Counted from the first letter of the stretch, positions 13,729 to 22,545 are shown. The stretch is DNA of 24,000 nucleotides from Candidatus Parcubacteria bacterium (GCA_024654305.1 JANLIU010000041.1:1-24000); one strand, 5' to 3'. The notes: generated by a model not told the origin, from the letters alone. Translations and numbers: made by a program.

Positions 13729-13761
13729 CTCTGGCGCGGGTTATCCTGGTATCATATAGGC

Positions 13762-14505
13762 ATGCTCATTGTTGCTAATTGGAAGGCATATGTGGAGGAA
13801 CTTGCGAAAGCGAAGAAGCTTTTTGCGCTTGCGAAGCGTTTGCAGAAGGCTACCGGTGTATCTATCGTACTCGCGCCGCCGGCCCCGCTTCTTGGCGCGC
13901 TTGCGGTGAGGAACAGATCAGCGGTCGCTTTTGCCGCACAGGATGTGTCGCTCACGACTGGCGGCGCTCACACCGGCGAAGTCACTGCGCAAGTATTTTC
14001 AGCAGCCAATGCAACTTATGCAATTATCGGACATTCGGAGCGGCGAGCGGCGGGAGATACCGATGCCATCGTTGCGGAGAAGCTCGCGCATGCGCTTGCG
14101 CACGGACTCATCCCAATACTGTGCGTCGGCGAGCAGGAGAGAGACGGCGAAGGGCACTACCTCGCTATGGTCCGCGAAGAATTGACACTCGCGATAGAAC
14201 CGCTTCCGCCAAAGGAGCGTGCGAAAGTCATTGTCGCGTATGAACCTTTATGGGCGATAGGGAAGACTGCTGATGCCGCCATCGGACCGAACGACCTTGC
14301 CGAAATGGCACTCTACATCCGCAAAGTGCTTGCGGAACTCCTGCCGGGGAAAAGTTTCTCGCATTCTCTCGTGCTGTACGGCGGTTCGGTTGAGTCTGAC
14401 AACGCGCGCTCTCTCGCGGCCGCCTCCGGTATTGATGGGTTGCTTGTCGGACACGCATCGGTGGATCCGCACACATTCTCGCTCCTGGTAAAGGAGTTAT
14501 CGTAA
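13762..14505 (+). CDS. tpiA: Triose-phosphate isomerase
   Basis: Motifs ANWK, IIGHSERR, YEPLWAIGK and YGGSV. 247 aa. Confidence 0.92.
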   Translation: MLIVANWKAYVEELAKAKKLFALAKRLQKATGVSIVLAPPAPLLGALAVRNRSAVAFAAQDVSLTTGGAHTGEVTAQVFSAANATYAIIGHSERRAAGDTDAIVAEKLAHALAHGLIPILCVGEQERDGEGHYLAMVREELTLAIEPLPPKERAKVIVAYEPLWAIGKTADAAIGPNDLAEMALYIRKVLAELLPGKSFSHSLVLYGGSVESDNARSLAAASGIDGLLVGHASVDPHTFSLLVKELS

Positions 14506-14519
14506 TTCATGATATGCGT

Positions 14520-14635
14520 CCCGTTAGAAATCACGAACACGTCTGTTAAAATTATTGCGAACATGAATTTCATTATCACTAATCAGATAGGCCACGATGT
14601 CTCCTTCGCGACGTTCGTGTTCTGTTTCTAACGGG
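14520..14635. mobile_element. MITE-like palindromic element E2 (116 bp) between tpiA and pgk
   Basis: Same termini as E1 (CCCGTTAGAAAT... / ...GTTTCTAACGGG). Flanked by direct ATGCG / ATGCG. The core GAACATGAATTTCATTATCACTAATCAGATAGG is homologous to the E1 core. Confidence 0.7.
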
Positions 14636-15805
14636 ATGCGAACTATTCGCGACATAAAAGTTTTTGAAAATATTCCGATACTGGTGCGTGCGGCATTGAA
14701 TGTGCCTATCGAGAATGGACGGGTCGTTAATGATTATCGCTTGCGCCGAGCGGTGCCGACCATTACCTACCTGCAAGAACGAGGAGCGAAAGTCGTGCTC
14801 ATCAGCCACATCGAGGGAACAAGCCTGCCTGCCGGCAGGCAGGGGACCGAGACGCTTGCACCGGTCGCAGCAGCTCTCTCGGGGCTCGTCCAAGGCGTTT
14901 CATTTTTCCCCGAAACCATAGGGGAACGGGCGCGCGCCGCCGTTCGTGAGCTCGCTCCCGGACAAGTCCTGGTGTTAGAAAATTTGCGCCGCGACAAGGG
15001 CGAGACTCGGAACGAACCGGCATTTGCGAAAGAACTCGCAGCGCTCGCGGACATTTTCGTGGAAGATTCTTTTGATACGTGCCATCGCCCGCATGCGTCC
15101 ATCATCGGCGTACCGAAATTGCTCCCTTCCTATGCCGGCCTTTTGCTTGAGCAAGAAGTTGAAGCGTTGTCACAGGCGCTCACGCCGAAGCATCCGGCGT
15201 TCGCCGTCATTGGTGGGGCGAAGTTCAATACAAAAGAGAACGTCCTCTCGACTCTTCTCAAAGTCTACGACCATGTGTTCGTCGGCGGTGCGCTCGCAGA
15301 TGATTTTCTCAAAGCTTCGGGGCAGGAAGTGGGGGCTTCACTCGTTTCGGATGCTGATGAGAAATCGATAAAAAAACTTCTCGCCAATCCGAAGCTCGTA
15401 TTGCCGGTGGACTCCATCGTCATGCCCGCCACCGCAGTTGGCACGATGAACGCACGCACCGAAGCGCGCATCGCATCATTGGGGCAGGTGCGGCCCGATG
15501 AGACTATTCTGGACCACGGACCCGGCACCATCGCTCTCCTTTCCAATCTCGCGCAGAAAGCAAAAACCATTCTCTGGAACGGCCCGTTGGGGAATTATGA
15601 AAACGGATTCAGTGATGCGACCGATTCGTTCGCACGCGCTGTCGCCGCTTCCGGTGCGCATTCAGTGGTAGGCGGCGGCGACACGGTTGCCTCCATAGAA
15701 GGGCTCGGTCTTCTCCCGCGATTCTCATTTGTCTCCACCGGCGGCGGTGCAATGTTGGATTTCCTCGCCAAAGGCACGCTCCCGGGTATTGATGCTTTAC
15801 AGTAG
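14636..15805 (+). CDS. pgk: Phosphoglycerate kinase
   Basis: ORF 14597..15805 trimmed to MRTIRDIKVF (ATG 14636, directly after E2). Motifs RAALNVP, GGAKFNTK and FVSTGGGAMLDFL. Confidence 0.9.
   Translation: MRTIRDIKVFENIPILVRAALNVPIENGRVVNDYRLRRAVPTITYLQERGAKVVLISHIEGTSLPAGRQGTETLAPVAAALSGLVQGVSFFPETIGERARAAVRELAPGQVLVLENLRRDKGETRNEPAFAKELAALADIFVEDSFDTCHRPHASIIGVPKLLPSYAGLLLEQEVEALSQALTPKHPAFAVIGGAKFNTKENVLSTLLKVYDHVFVGGALADDFLKASGQEVGASLVSDADEKSIKKLLANPKLVLPVDSIVMPATAVGTMNARTEARIASLGQVRPDETILDHGPGTIALLSNLAQKAKTILWNGPLGNYENGFSDATDSFARAVAASGAHSVVGGGDTVASIEGLGLLPRFSFVSTGGGAMLDFLAKGTLPGIDALQ
14824..14843. repeat. Perfect 20-nt palindrome inside pgk
   Basis: CCTGCCTGCCGGCAGGCAGG is its own reverse complement. 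It encodes the LPAGRQ segment of pgk. Confidence 0.9.
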
Positions 15806-16129
15806 TTTTTTAGTATCGTCGAATTTCCTCGGTATGAGATGCATATGCACATGCGGTACATCCTTCCCCACGATAGAGAGCTGGATGTAGTCGGCCCCTG
15901 TTTTTTCTTTCAACTCACCTGCGAGCTTTCGTGCAACTTTGAATAGGTCGTTTGCGATGTCGTCCGGTAATTCCCAAAACCATTGATAATGTTTCGCGGG
16001 AACTACAAGCGTGTGGCCCGGCCGTACCGGTTGAAGGTCTGGAAATGAAACTATCCTGTCATCCTCGTGATGCGCCTTCTCGCTCGGGACCTCGCCCGAA
16101 ATTATTTTGCAGAAAATGCAGTCATCCAT
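15797..16129 (-). CDS. HIT-family (histidine triad) hydrolase
   Basis: MDDCIFCKIISGE N-terminus and the HVHMHLIPR triad. Start set at ATG 16129, which has TATACT 8 nt upstream. 9-nt convergent overlap with pgk. Confidence 0.85.
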   Translation of the reverse strand: MDDCIFCKIISGEVPSEKAHHEDDRIVSFPDLQPVRPGHTLVVPAKHYQWFWELPDDIANDLFKVARKLAGELKEKTGADYIQLSIVGKDVPHVHMHLIPRKFDDTKKLL

Positions 16130-16156
16130 TGCGAAACAGTATACAATGCTTTGCAC

Positions 16157-17938
16157 ATGTTCCCGCTCCATGATCCGCTTGATGAATTAGTGCGCGCAGA
16201 GCTTGCAGCATATGACGATTTGACCGCGGCGCTGCTTGCGCGACGCGGCGTTGTGACAAAAGAAGATGCGGAAAAATTCCTCAATCCCTCCTATGACTTG
16301 CATCTGCATGACCCTCTTTTGATGACTGACATGCCAAGGGCCGCACGAAGATTTGCCGACGCGATTATTTCGGGAGAAAAAATTGCGGTGTGGAGCGACT
16401 ACGACTGCGACGGCATCCCGGGCGGTGTGCTCATGCATGATTTCTTGAAAAAAGCCGGTGCGAATTTTGAAAATTATATTCCGCATCGCCATGACGAGGG
16501 ATATGGTATGAATGTCGCAGGCATCGAAAAATTAGCAAAGGGAGGAGCAAAACTTGTCGTCACCGTGGATTCCGGTATCACGGATGTGGAGCCTATCAAG
16601 CGTGCGAACGAGCTCGGTATGGAAATCATCGTCACCGACCATCATCTGCCCGGCGAGACACTCCCTCCAGCATACGCAATTTTAAACCCAAATGCTCGCC
16701 CCGTTAGAGACAAGACATCTCTGATGTCTGGCCCATCGAAGACGGGCATCTCTAATGGGGAAACGTATCCATTCAAATCGTTGTGCGGCTCGGGCGTCGC
16801 GTGGAAACTTATCTGCGCGACACTCGCCGTCGCTCCCGAACTTCGGACACGCATACCGGAAGGATGGGAGAAATGGCTCCTCGATATGGTCGGGCTCGCG
16901 ACCGTTGCCGATATGGTCCCGCTTGTGGGCGAAAATCGCTTGCTCGCCACCTATGGCCTCTTGGTGATGCGTAAATCGCCAAGAATTGGACTCCAGAAAC
17001 TCCTGCGCGGGATGCGGGTGGAGCAGCGCGCCATCACCGAAGACGATATCGGCTTTATGATAGCCCCGCGCGTGAACGCTGCGAGCCGGATGGGGGAAGC
17101 TCGTGATGCATTTCGATTATTCACTACCGACGATGAAAACGAGGCCGACCTACTCGCGAAAAAATTAGAAGCGGCAAATCGTCAACGCAAAGCGGCAGCC
17201 GGCGCCATCACGCGCGCCGTGCATTCGCGACTGAAAGAACGCGGCGAAGTACGGAGCATCATCGCGCTCGGCGACCCCGAGTGGCGCCCCGCGCTCCTTG
17301 GCCTCGTCGCGAACACCATCGCTGACGAATATGAACGCCCGGTATTCCTCTGGGGTCGGGAAGGGAACTTGAGTCTCAAAGGTTCATTTAGAAGCGGCGG
17401 GTTCACGCAGACGATGGAACTCCTGCGCACGACCGAGAACACCTTTGCGCAATTTGGCGGCCATGCGGCCGCAGGCGGTTTCACCGCCATTGATACTGAA
17501 GTGTTCTTCCTCGAGGACCGGTTGGTCGAAGCACACGCGCGACTGCTTGAAGGGAAAACTATTGAGGACAGTCTCGCGATGCGTGCTGATGCAGTCGTCA
17601 CTCCAGAAGAAATCAACATGTCGTTCCTCCGAAGCGTGGAGAAGCTCGCACCTTTTGGCATACAGAACTCAAAACCGGTGTTCTTGCTCCGCGATGTCGC
17701 GTTGCGCGAGATTTCACGCTTCGGAAAAGCACAGGAGCATTTGAAATTGAAAATTGACGTGAACGAGGGGAATGGAAGTATTGATGCGGTCACCTTTTTC
17801 GTCAAAGGTGCAGTCGCGCGCGCGACAGAAAATCTTTCAACGGGTAGCCGCGTAAACCTGCTCGCGCACCTCGAGCGCGACACGTTCTCTCGTGGCTCTC
17901 CCGTCCGCCTGCGACTTTTAGATATCAGAGTTGTATAG
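16157..17938 (+). CDS. recJ: Single-stranded-DNA-specific exonuclease RecJ
   Basis: DHH family motifs VWSDYDCDG, TVDSGI, IVTDHH and GGHAAAGGF. The start at ATG 16157 (MFPLHDPL) is less certain than the call itself. Confidence 0.85.
   Translation: MFPLHDPLDELVRAELAAYDDLTAALLARRGVVTKEDAEKFLNPSYDLHLHDPLLMTDMPRAARRFADAIISGEKIAVWSDYDCDGIPGGVLMHDFLKKAGANFENYIPHRHDEGYGMNVAGIEKLAKGGAKLVVTVDSGITDVEPIKRANELGMEIIVTDHHLPGETLPPAYAILNPNARPVRDKTSLMSGPSKTGISNGETYPFKSLCGSGVAWKLICATLAVAPELRTRIPEGWEKWLLDMVGLATVADMVPLVGENRLLATYGLLVMRKSPRIGLQKLLRGMRVEQRAITEDDIGFMIAPRVNAASRMGEARDAFRLFTTDDENEADLLAKKLEAANRQRKAAAGAITRAVHSRLKERGEVRSIIALGDPEWRPALLGLVANTIADEYERPVFLWGREGNLSLKGSFRSGGFTQTMELLRTTENTFAQFGGHAAAGGFTAIDTEVFFLEDRLVEAHARLLEGKTIEDSLAMRADAVVTPEEINMSFLRSVEKLAPFGIQNSKPVFLLRDVALREISRFGKAQEHLKLKIDVNEGNGSIDAVTFFVKGAVARATENLSTGSRVNLLAHLERDTFSRGSPVRLRLLDIRVV
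16699..16760. repeat. Structured palindromic segment E3 in-frame within recJ, possibly related to E1/E2
   Basis: Termini CCCCGTTAGAGA / TCTCTAATGGGG enclose hairpins AGACATC-TCT-GATGTCT and GCCCATC-GAA-GACGGGC. It encodes PVRDKTSLMSGPSKTGISNGE. Confidence 0.55.
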
Positions 17939-17946
17939 TAGGCGAC

Positions 17947-18378
17947 ATGACGCATTTCACTATTCATGCTGACGGCGGGTCGCGGGGGAACCCCGGCCCC
18001 TCCGGGGCGGGCGCAATGATACGCGACCGTCTCGGCAACTCGGTCGCGAGCGTCTCGCAGTTCCTCGGTACGCGCACAAACAATTTCGCAGAATATGAAG
18101 CAGTCATCCTCGCTTTTGAAACATTGGCGAAACTTCTGAAAGGGAAGACGAGTGCCATAGAAGTGATAGTGAAGATGGACAGTCAGCTCGTCGTAAAACA
18201 AATGAAGGGAGAATATAAAGTGAAACATCCGGTTATGAAAGGACAGTACGCACGGCTCATTCACGCCATCGGCGCATTCGGCAAAGTCACTTTCACGCAC
18301 GTATTCCGTGAAGAAAACTCCGACGCCGACGCCCTCGCCAACGAAGCGATGGATCGTGGCTTGAACCTATCAATCTAA
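17947..18378 (+). CDS. rnhA: Ribonuclease HI family protein
   Basis: Catalytic pattern ADGGSRGNPGPSGAG, NNFAEYEA, MDSQLVV and REENSDADALAN. 143 aa. Confidence 0.8.
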   Translation: MTHFTIHADGGSRGNPGPSGAGAMIRDRLGNSVASVSQFLGTRTNNFAEYEAVILAFETLAKLLKGKTSAIEVIVKMDSQLVVKQMKGEYKVKHPVMKGQYARLIHAIGAFGKVTFTHVFREENSDADALANEAMDRGLNLSI

Positions 18379-18379
18379 A

Positions 18380-18997
18380 ATGGAAACTTTTATAAATAAC
18401 TCTTACTATATTTTCGCCAAAGATATAATCACTTTTTTATTTACCGGCACAGGACTCGTAATTGCGGGTATGGGGCTCGCTACTTGGAAGAAACAAATTA
18501 AAGGTGTTAAGGAATTCGAGACTGCTCATGATTTGCGTTATTCCATTCTGAAACTGCGAAATGCGATTAGGAATGTCCGCAATCCTGTTATTTGGCCTTC
18601 GGAAAGCTACCAAGCAATGCAAGACTACAAGATTAAGTATCCGAACAAATTGGAAACTGACGCGGAAAAAGATTCTCACGCGTATGTTTATGAAATTAGA
18701 TGGAAAGCAATTCTGGCTGCTACAGCAGAAATGGAGTCACATCTGCTCGCGGCAGAAGTGTTGTGGGGTCCAGAAATATTAAGTTTGATAAAGCCACTGA
18801 ATAAAGAAATCGGTGAACTAAACATCTCCTTGAGACAATATTTCCAACCCGAGTTAAGGACGAAAGATTTCATGGAACTTCATAACGTTATTTATTACAA
18901 AGGAGATTATAACGAGGACGGCACAGATGATTTTGACAATCGTGTACTTCAAGCTATTGACGGGGTTACGTCGTATATAAAAAACAAAATCTCTTAG
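18380..18997 (+). CDS. Hypothetical membrane-anchored protein (205 aa) in an AT-rich island
   Basis: One N-terminal TM helix (IITFLFTGTGLVIAGMGLATW). No recognisable family. Markedly AT-rich compared with its neighbours. Confidence 0.55.
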   Translation: METFINNSYYIFAKDIITFLFTGTGLVIAGMGLATWKKQIKGVKEFETAHDLRYSILKLRNAIRNVRNPVIWPSESYQAMQDYKIKYPNKLETDAEKDSHAYVYEIRWKAILAATAEMESHLLAAEVLWGPEILSLIKPLNKEIGELNISLRQYFQPELRTKDFMELHNVIYYKGDYNEDGTDDFDNRVLQAIDGVTSYIKNKIS

Positions 18998-19026
18998 GTG
19001 CTGTAAAAAGTTGATACAATAGATCT

Positions 19027-19299
19027 ATGCCAAATTTAACTCGAGAAGGAAAAGAGAAACTGTACATCTCAAAAATGACTGAACTCCAACGGAGGTGGGG
19101 AAATCCTATTGATGATGATTGGAATTTCACCGACTGGACTGATGGGCAACTGGATAAAGGATTAACAGACACAATCGGGCAACTTAGGTTCGAAAAAGGT
19201 CTCTCCTTTATAAAAACTACTATCTCTTACATCTTTTACCTTTTCGTGATTCTTGGTGTGGGTGGACTTTTGATTTTTGGAATTAAACAACTTTTTTAG
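19027..19299 (+). CDS. Hypothetical small protein (90 aa) with a C-terminal TM anchor
   Basis: C-terminal ISYIFYLFVILGVGGLLIFGI. TACAAT lies 6 nt upstream of the ATG. AT-rich. Confidence 0.5.
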   Translation: MPNLTREGKEKLYISKMTELQRRWGNPIDDDWNFTDWTDGQLDKGLTDTIGQLRFEKGLSFIKTTISYIFYLFVILGVGGLLIFGIKQLF

Positions 19300-19303
19300 T
19301 TGG

Positions 19304-20797
19304 ATGAGTATTCTTATCGCCATCGTTTCAGGATTCGCGAGCGGGATATTTTTCCGCTCGCTTTTTAATTTCAGTTGGGAGCCGGTTGTTTTTGTTTTAA
19401 TTCTCGCGGCGCTGTTTGGTGGAGCAATACTCTTTGCGGAATCGCGGCGAGTGTACTCACTCGCCGCGATGTTTTGTTTGTTCGTCGCGTTCGGAATGGT
19501 ACGCGCAATGATTGCTGATACACCAGTACCCGATGCGTTTGCGAAAGATTTAAAACACCGCGTATCGTATGACGCAGTAGTTGTGGCTGACCCCGATGTG
19601 CGCGAGAAAAATCAGCGCATCGGAATTGAAGTGGGGAATGTGGGTATGCTCGCCGTGATGCCACTCTCCTCCGATGTGCGCGTGGGCGACCGCGTGCGCG
19701 TGTATGGGACGCTTTCTCTTCCGCAGGCATTTGAAACAGATAACGGCCGCACGTTTCGTTATGATAAATATCTGCAGGCGCGGAATATCCGCTTCCTCAT
19801 TTCATTCGGCTCAATATATACGGTGGAGCCGGCGCCGTGGTATTCAGTTTCTGCGGCACTCGCGCGCGTGAAGCATTCATTTCTCGACGGACTCAATCGT
19901 GCATTGCCAATGCCGGACAGCGCGCTCGCAGGAGGCATCGTGATAGGAGGGAAGGCGGGGCTCGGCACCGCGCTCCAGGACGCCTTCACACGCTCGGGGC
20001 TCGTGCAGATAATAGTGCTCTCCGGCTACAACGTGATGATAGTGGCCGAGTGGGTGATGGCATTTCTCGCGCTCCTTGCACTCCCGAAAAGGCTCCAGTT
20101 CTTCGCCGGCGGCGCGGCGCTTCTCTTGTTTGTCGGCATCGCCGGCATCTCCTCCACAGCTGTGCGCGCCGCAATCATGGCGGTCATCGCACTCTATGCG
20201 CGCGCAACCGGGCGCTCCTACGCCGCGAGCCGCGCGCTACTCTTCGCCGTCCTGCTGATGCTCATATGGAATCCTCTCTATCTCATCTTTGACCCGGGCT
20301 TCGGACTCTCCGTCGCCGCGACCGCGGGCATCATCTGGCTCGCACCTATTATCGAGCGTCGCCTACAGCGTTTCTGGAAGGCGGGATTCTGGGCAAATGC
20401 AGTTGCGACAACACTCGCCGCACAAATTTCTGTCTTGCCGCTCCTCTTGTATAACATCGGGCTCCTCTCCCTTGTCGCTCTGCCGGCGAACCTTCTCGTC
20501 AACCCGCTCGTACCCCTCGCGATGGCATGGGCCGCCGTTGCAGGCGTCGTCGGTATGACCATAGGAACTTTCATTCCGCTTATCGCCACCATCGCGGGAG
20601 CTCCCGTCCTCATCCTTATGCGTTATTTCATCTTCATAGCAGAAAAAAGTTCCGCACTACCATACGCGGCGTTCAATCTCCCATTATTTTCATTCTGGCT
20701 CGTCCTCGCCGCCTATGCGACACTCATTTATATAGTTGCGTCGAAACGTTTTTCAACAACAGACCAATTCAAGTTCGCGAAGAAAGCATCAATATAA
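19304..20797 (+). CDS. comEC: ComEC/Rec2 DNA internalisation channel protein
   Basis: ORF 19277..20797 trimmed to MSILIAIVSG (ATG 19304). Polytopic membrane protein with an N-terminal OB-like region and a competence-domain motif GLVQIIVLSGYNVMIV. Confidence 0.75.
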   Translation: MSILIAIVSGFASGIFFRSLFNFSWEPVVFVLILAALFGGAILFAESRRVYSLAAMFCLFVAFGMVRAMIADTPVPDAFAKDLKHRVSYDAVVVADPDVREKNQRIGIEVGNVGMLAVMPLSSDVRVGDRVRVYGTLSLPQAFETDNGRTFRYDKYLQARNIRFLISFGSIYTVEPAPWYSVSAALARVKHSFLDGLNRALPMPDSALAGGIVIGGKAGLGTALQDAFTRSGLVQIIVLSGYNVMIVAEWVMAFLALLALPKRLQFFAGGAALLLFVGIAGISSTAVRAAIMAVIALYARATGRSYAASRALLFAVLLMLIWNPLYLIFDPGFGLSVAATAGIIWLAPIIERRLQRFWKAGFWANAVATTLAAQISVLPLLLYNIGLLSLVALPANLLVNPLVPLAMAWAAVAGVVGMTIGTFIPLIATIAGAPVLILMRYFIFIAEKSSALPYAAFNLPLFSFWLVLAAYATLIYIVASKRFSTTDQFKFAKKASI

Positions 20798-21327
20798 TTT
20801 TTCTTCTCCGCCGGCACATAGTCCACCATAAAGGCGTGCTCCCACATATCGAGTGCGAGCAGTATCGGTAGCCCTGCGAGCTGGCCAACTTCATGATCAC
20901 CCACGAACGTCGTGTGAATCGTATTCGCCACAGTATCTTTGTAGACAACAACCCAGCCGATGCCGCGCGTTCCCGCAACTTCCCGAATATGCACTTCAAG
21001 ACCCTTTTCTCCATATTTTTCGGCAACCGCATTCGCGAGCGCTCTCTCTGGGTTTAGCAAGGTTAAACCTTGCTGAAATTGCTCAAAATAATATTCGTGC
21101 ATGCGCATGCCATCAAATTCAAAGCCGAACCGTCGGCGCAATTCCGCAATCGCGAGCTTGTCGCCTTCGGTTGCTTTATCGCCATAAGCCGCATAGCCCT
21201 TGAGCGTTTCGAGGATAAGATTCACGTTCTTCACATAGCCCTCGTAGAGAGCAAGATGCACTTTTATTTGTTTCTCCGACAGCCCCGTGAGGGCAGGGAG
21301 GTTGAATGTTTTGGTTGAATAAGTCAT
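20728..21327 (-). CDS. Fe/Mn superoxide dismutase
   Basis: LPALTGLSEKQIKVHLALYEGYV and LALDMWEHAFMVDY motifs. Start is ATG 21327 (MTYSTKTF), or possibly 21345. 70-nt convergent overlap with comEC. Confidence 0.88.
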   Translation of the reverse strand: MTYSTKTFNLPALTGLSEKQIKVHLALYEGYVKNVNLILETLKGYAAYGDKATEGDKLAIAELRRRFGFEFDGMRMHEYYFEQFQQGLTLLNPERALANAVAEKYGEKGLEVHIREVAGTRGIGWVVVYKDTVANTIHTTFVGDHEVGQLAGLPILLALDMWEHAFMVDYVPAEKKNYIDAFFANLNWSVVEKRFDATI

Positions 21328-21354
21328 AGACCTAAAATGTACCACACGTAAAAA

Positions 21355-21390
21355 GTAAAACCCCTCTTTACGGGGTTTTACTTTTTGTGT
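21355..21390 (-). terminator. Intrinsic terminator after rpmB (U-tracts on both strands)
   Basis: GTAAAACCCC-tctttac-GGGGTTTTAC, flanked by A-run and T-run. Confidence 0.75.
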
Positions 21391-21395
21391 GTTTG

Positions 21396-21638
21396 TTAGA
21401 TAGCCCCGGCTTTCTTGAGGGCGGCGAAGGCGCCGTTCTTCTTGATGGTTTTGAGGCCTTTCACCGAAACATCCACAATAATGGTCTTCTTGAGTTCCGG
21501 TACATAAATGCGACGCTTCTGGAGATTAGCCTTTCGGCGGACCTTGCCGGTAGGGTTGAATTGCGTCGCGCGGGTGCGGTTAGAGTACCGCCCGCCGATT
21601 TGCGTGCTCTTGCCAGTGATTTCGCAGGCTCGTGACAT
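21396..21638 (-). CDS. rpmB: 50S ribosomal protein L28
   Basis: MSRACEITGKSTQIGGRYSNRTRATQ... is a typical L28 N-terminus. 80 aa. Confidence 0.9.
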   Translation of the reverse strand: MSRACEITGKSTQIGGRYSNRTRATQFNPTGKVRRKANLQKRRIYVPELKKTIIVDVSVKGLKTIKKNGAFAALKKAGAI

Positions 21639-21678
21639 AGTCGTCGCATGGTAACATTAAGCCTCTAAACCAGCAAAC

Positions 21679-22314
21679 ATGGCCACTATTCTTGCCCTCA
21701 TCGTCCTTATCCTCTCCATCATCGTCCACGAGGTAGCGCACGGCTATGCTGCCAATTCCTTGGGCGACCCTACCGCTCGGCTCGCCGGCCGCCTCACCCT
21801 CAATCCCATTCCGCATTTGGATCTTATGGGCTCCATCATCATCCCTGCATTACTCGTGTTTACCCAGTCACCGATCATGTTCGGCTGGGCGAAACCCGTT
21901 CCCTATAATCCGTACAATCTCACGAATCACCGGTGGGGCGAGGCGCTCGTTGCACTCGCGGGAAGCGCTACCAACATCTTGCTCGCTGTTATCTTCGGAC
22001 TCATCGTGCGTTTTTCTTCAACGCTCGGACTTGATCAAACCGCGCTCTCATTCGCCGCAACTATTGCGTTCATAAATCTCTTTCTCGGCCTTTTCAACCT
22101 CATCCCATTTCCTCCGCTCGACGGCTTCACCGCACTCCGCTCTGCACTCCCCTGGCATCTCGCTTCCGGTTTGAACCGTCTTGAACAGCAGGTCCGCAAT
22201 GCGGGCGCATTCTCGCTCATCCTCTTTCTGCTTGTTTTCTCCTATATCTTCGCCGGACCGTTTTTAAATCTCGTCCTCTGGCTCTTCGGGCTCCTGACGG
22301 GTAGCAGTATATAA
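21679..22314 (+). CDS. Site-2 protease family (peptidase M50) membrane metalloprotease
   Basis: HEVAH zinc motif in TM1 and NLIPFPPLDG motif. 211 aa, polytopic. Confidence 0.8.
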   Translation: MATILALIVLILSIIVHEVAHGYAANSLGDPTARLAGRLTLNPIPHLDLMGSIIIPALLVFTQSPIMFGWAKPVPYNPYNLTNHRWGEALVALAGSATNILLAVIFGLIVRFSSTLGLDQTALSFAATIAFINLFLGLFNLIPFPPLDGFTALRSALPWHLASGLNRLEQQVRNAGAFSLILFLLVFSYIFAGPFLNLVLWLFGLLTGSSI

Positions 22315-22340
22315 AAAGCGAGAGGGGTCATTGACCCCTC
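22311..22340 (-). terminator. Hairpin terminator for the minus-strand small gene
   Basis: GAGGGGTCA-T-TGACCCCTC inverted repeat. On the minus strand it is followed by CGCUUUUUAUA. It overlaps the stop codon at 22339-22341. Confidence 0.55.
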
Positions 22341-22545
22341 AGGAAACGGAAGAAACATCGTCATACCAGAAAATTTCCACTCGCTGCTCTCTCAGTCTTC
22401 TCAGAAAAAGAGTAAGACAGTCTGGAGCCTCGGGTGAATATTTGCCGGGACAGAAACGATGCACCGCTCCATTGATTCGCTTGACTTGTGGTTTGCCGTA
22501 TTTTTCGTCAAGCAGAGTATTGCAGTGTGCACATTTCCATTCCAT
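22339..22545 (-). CDS. Small Cys-rich (zinc-ribbon-like) hypothetical protein, 68 aa
   Basis: ORF trimmed to MEWKCAHCNTLLDEK (ATG 22545), with a strong AGGAGG 5 nt upstream. Has CxxC plus a later C...C. Confidence 0.55.
   Translation of the reverse strand: MEWKCAHCNTLLDEKYGKPQVKRINGAVHRFCPGKYSPEAPDCLTLFLRRLREQRVEIFWYDDVSSVS

Noticed and set aside
17182-18300. 372-aa minus-strand ORF overlapping recJ and rnhA
   Set aside because: It is antisense to two well-supported genes, and its composition is Ser/Arg/Ala-rich shadow-frame material.
1516-19303. N-terminal extensions offered by the ORF track (nusA to 1611, 1685, 6725, 8288, 11762, 14597, 16067/16171, 19277, 22459, 22599)
   Set aside because: The extensions run through promoters, terminators, MITE-like elements or upstream genes. 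Internal ATGs give N-termini matching the family pattern or carry better RBS or -10 signals.
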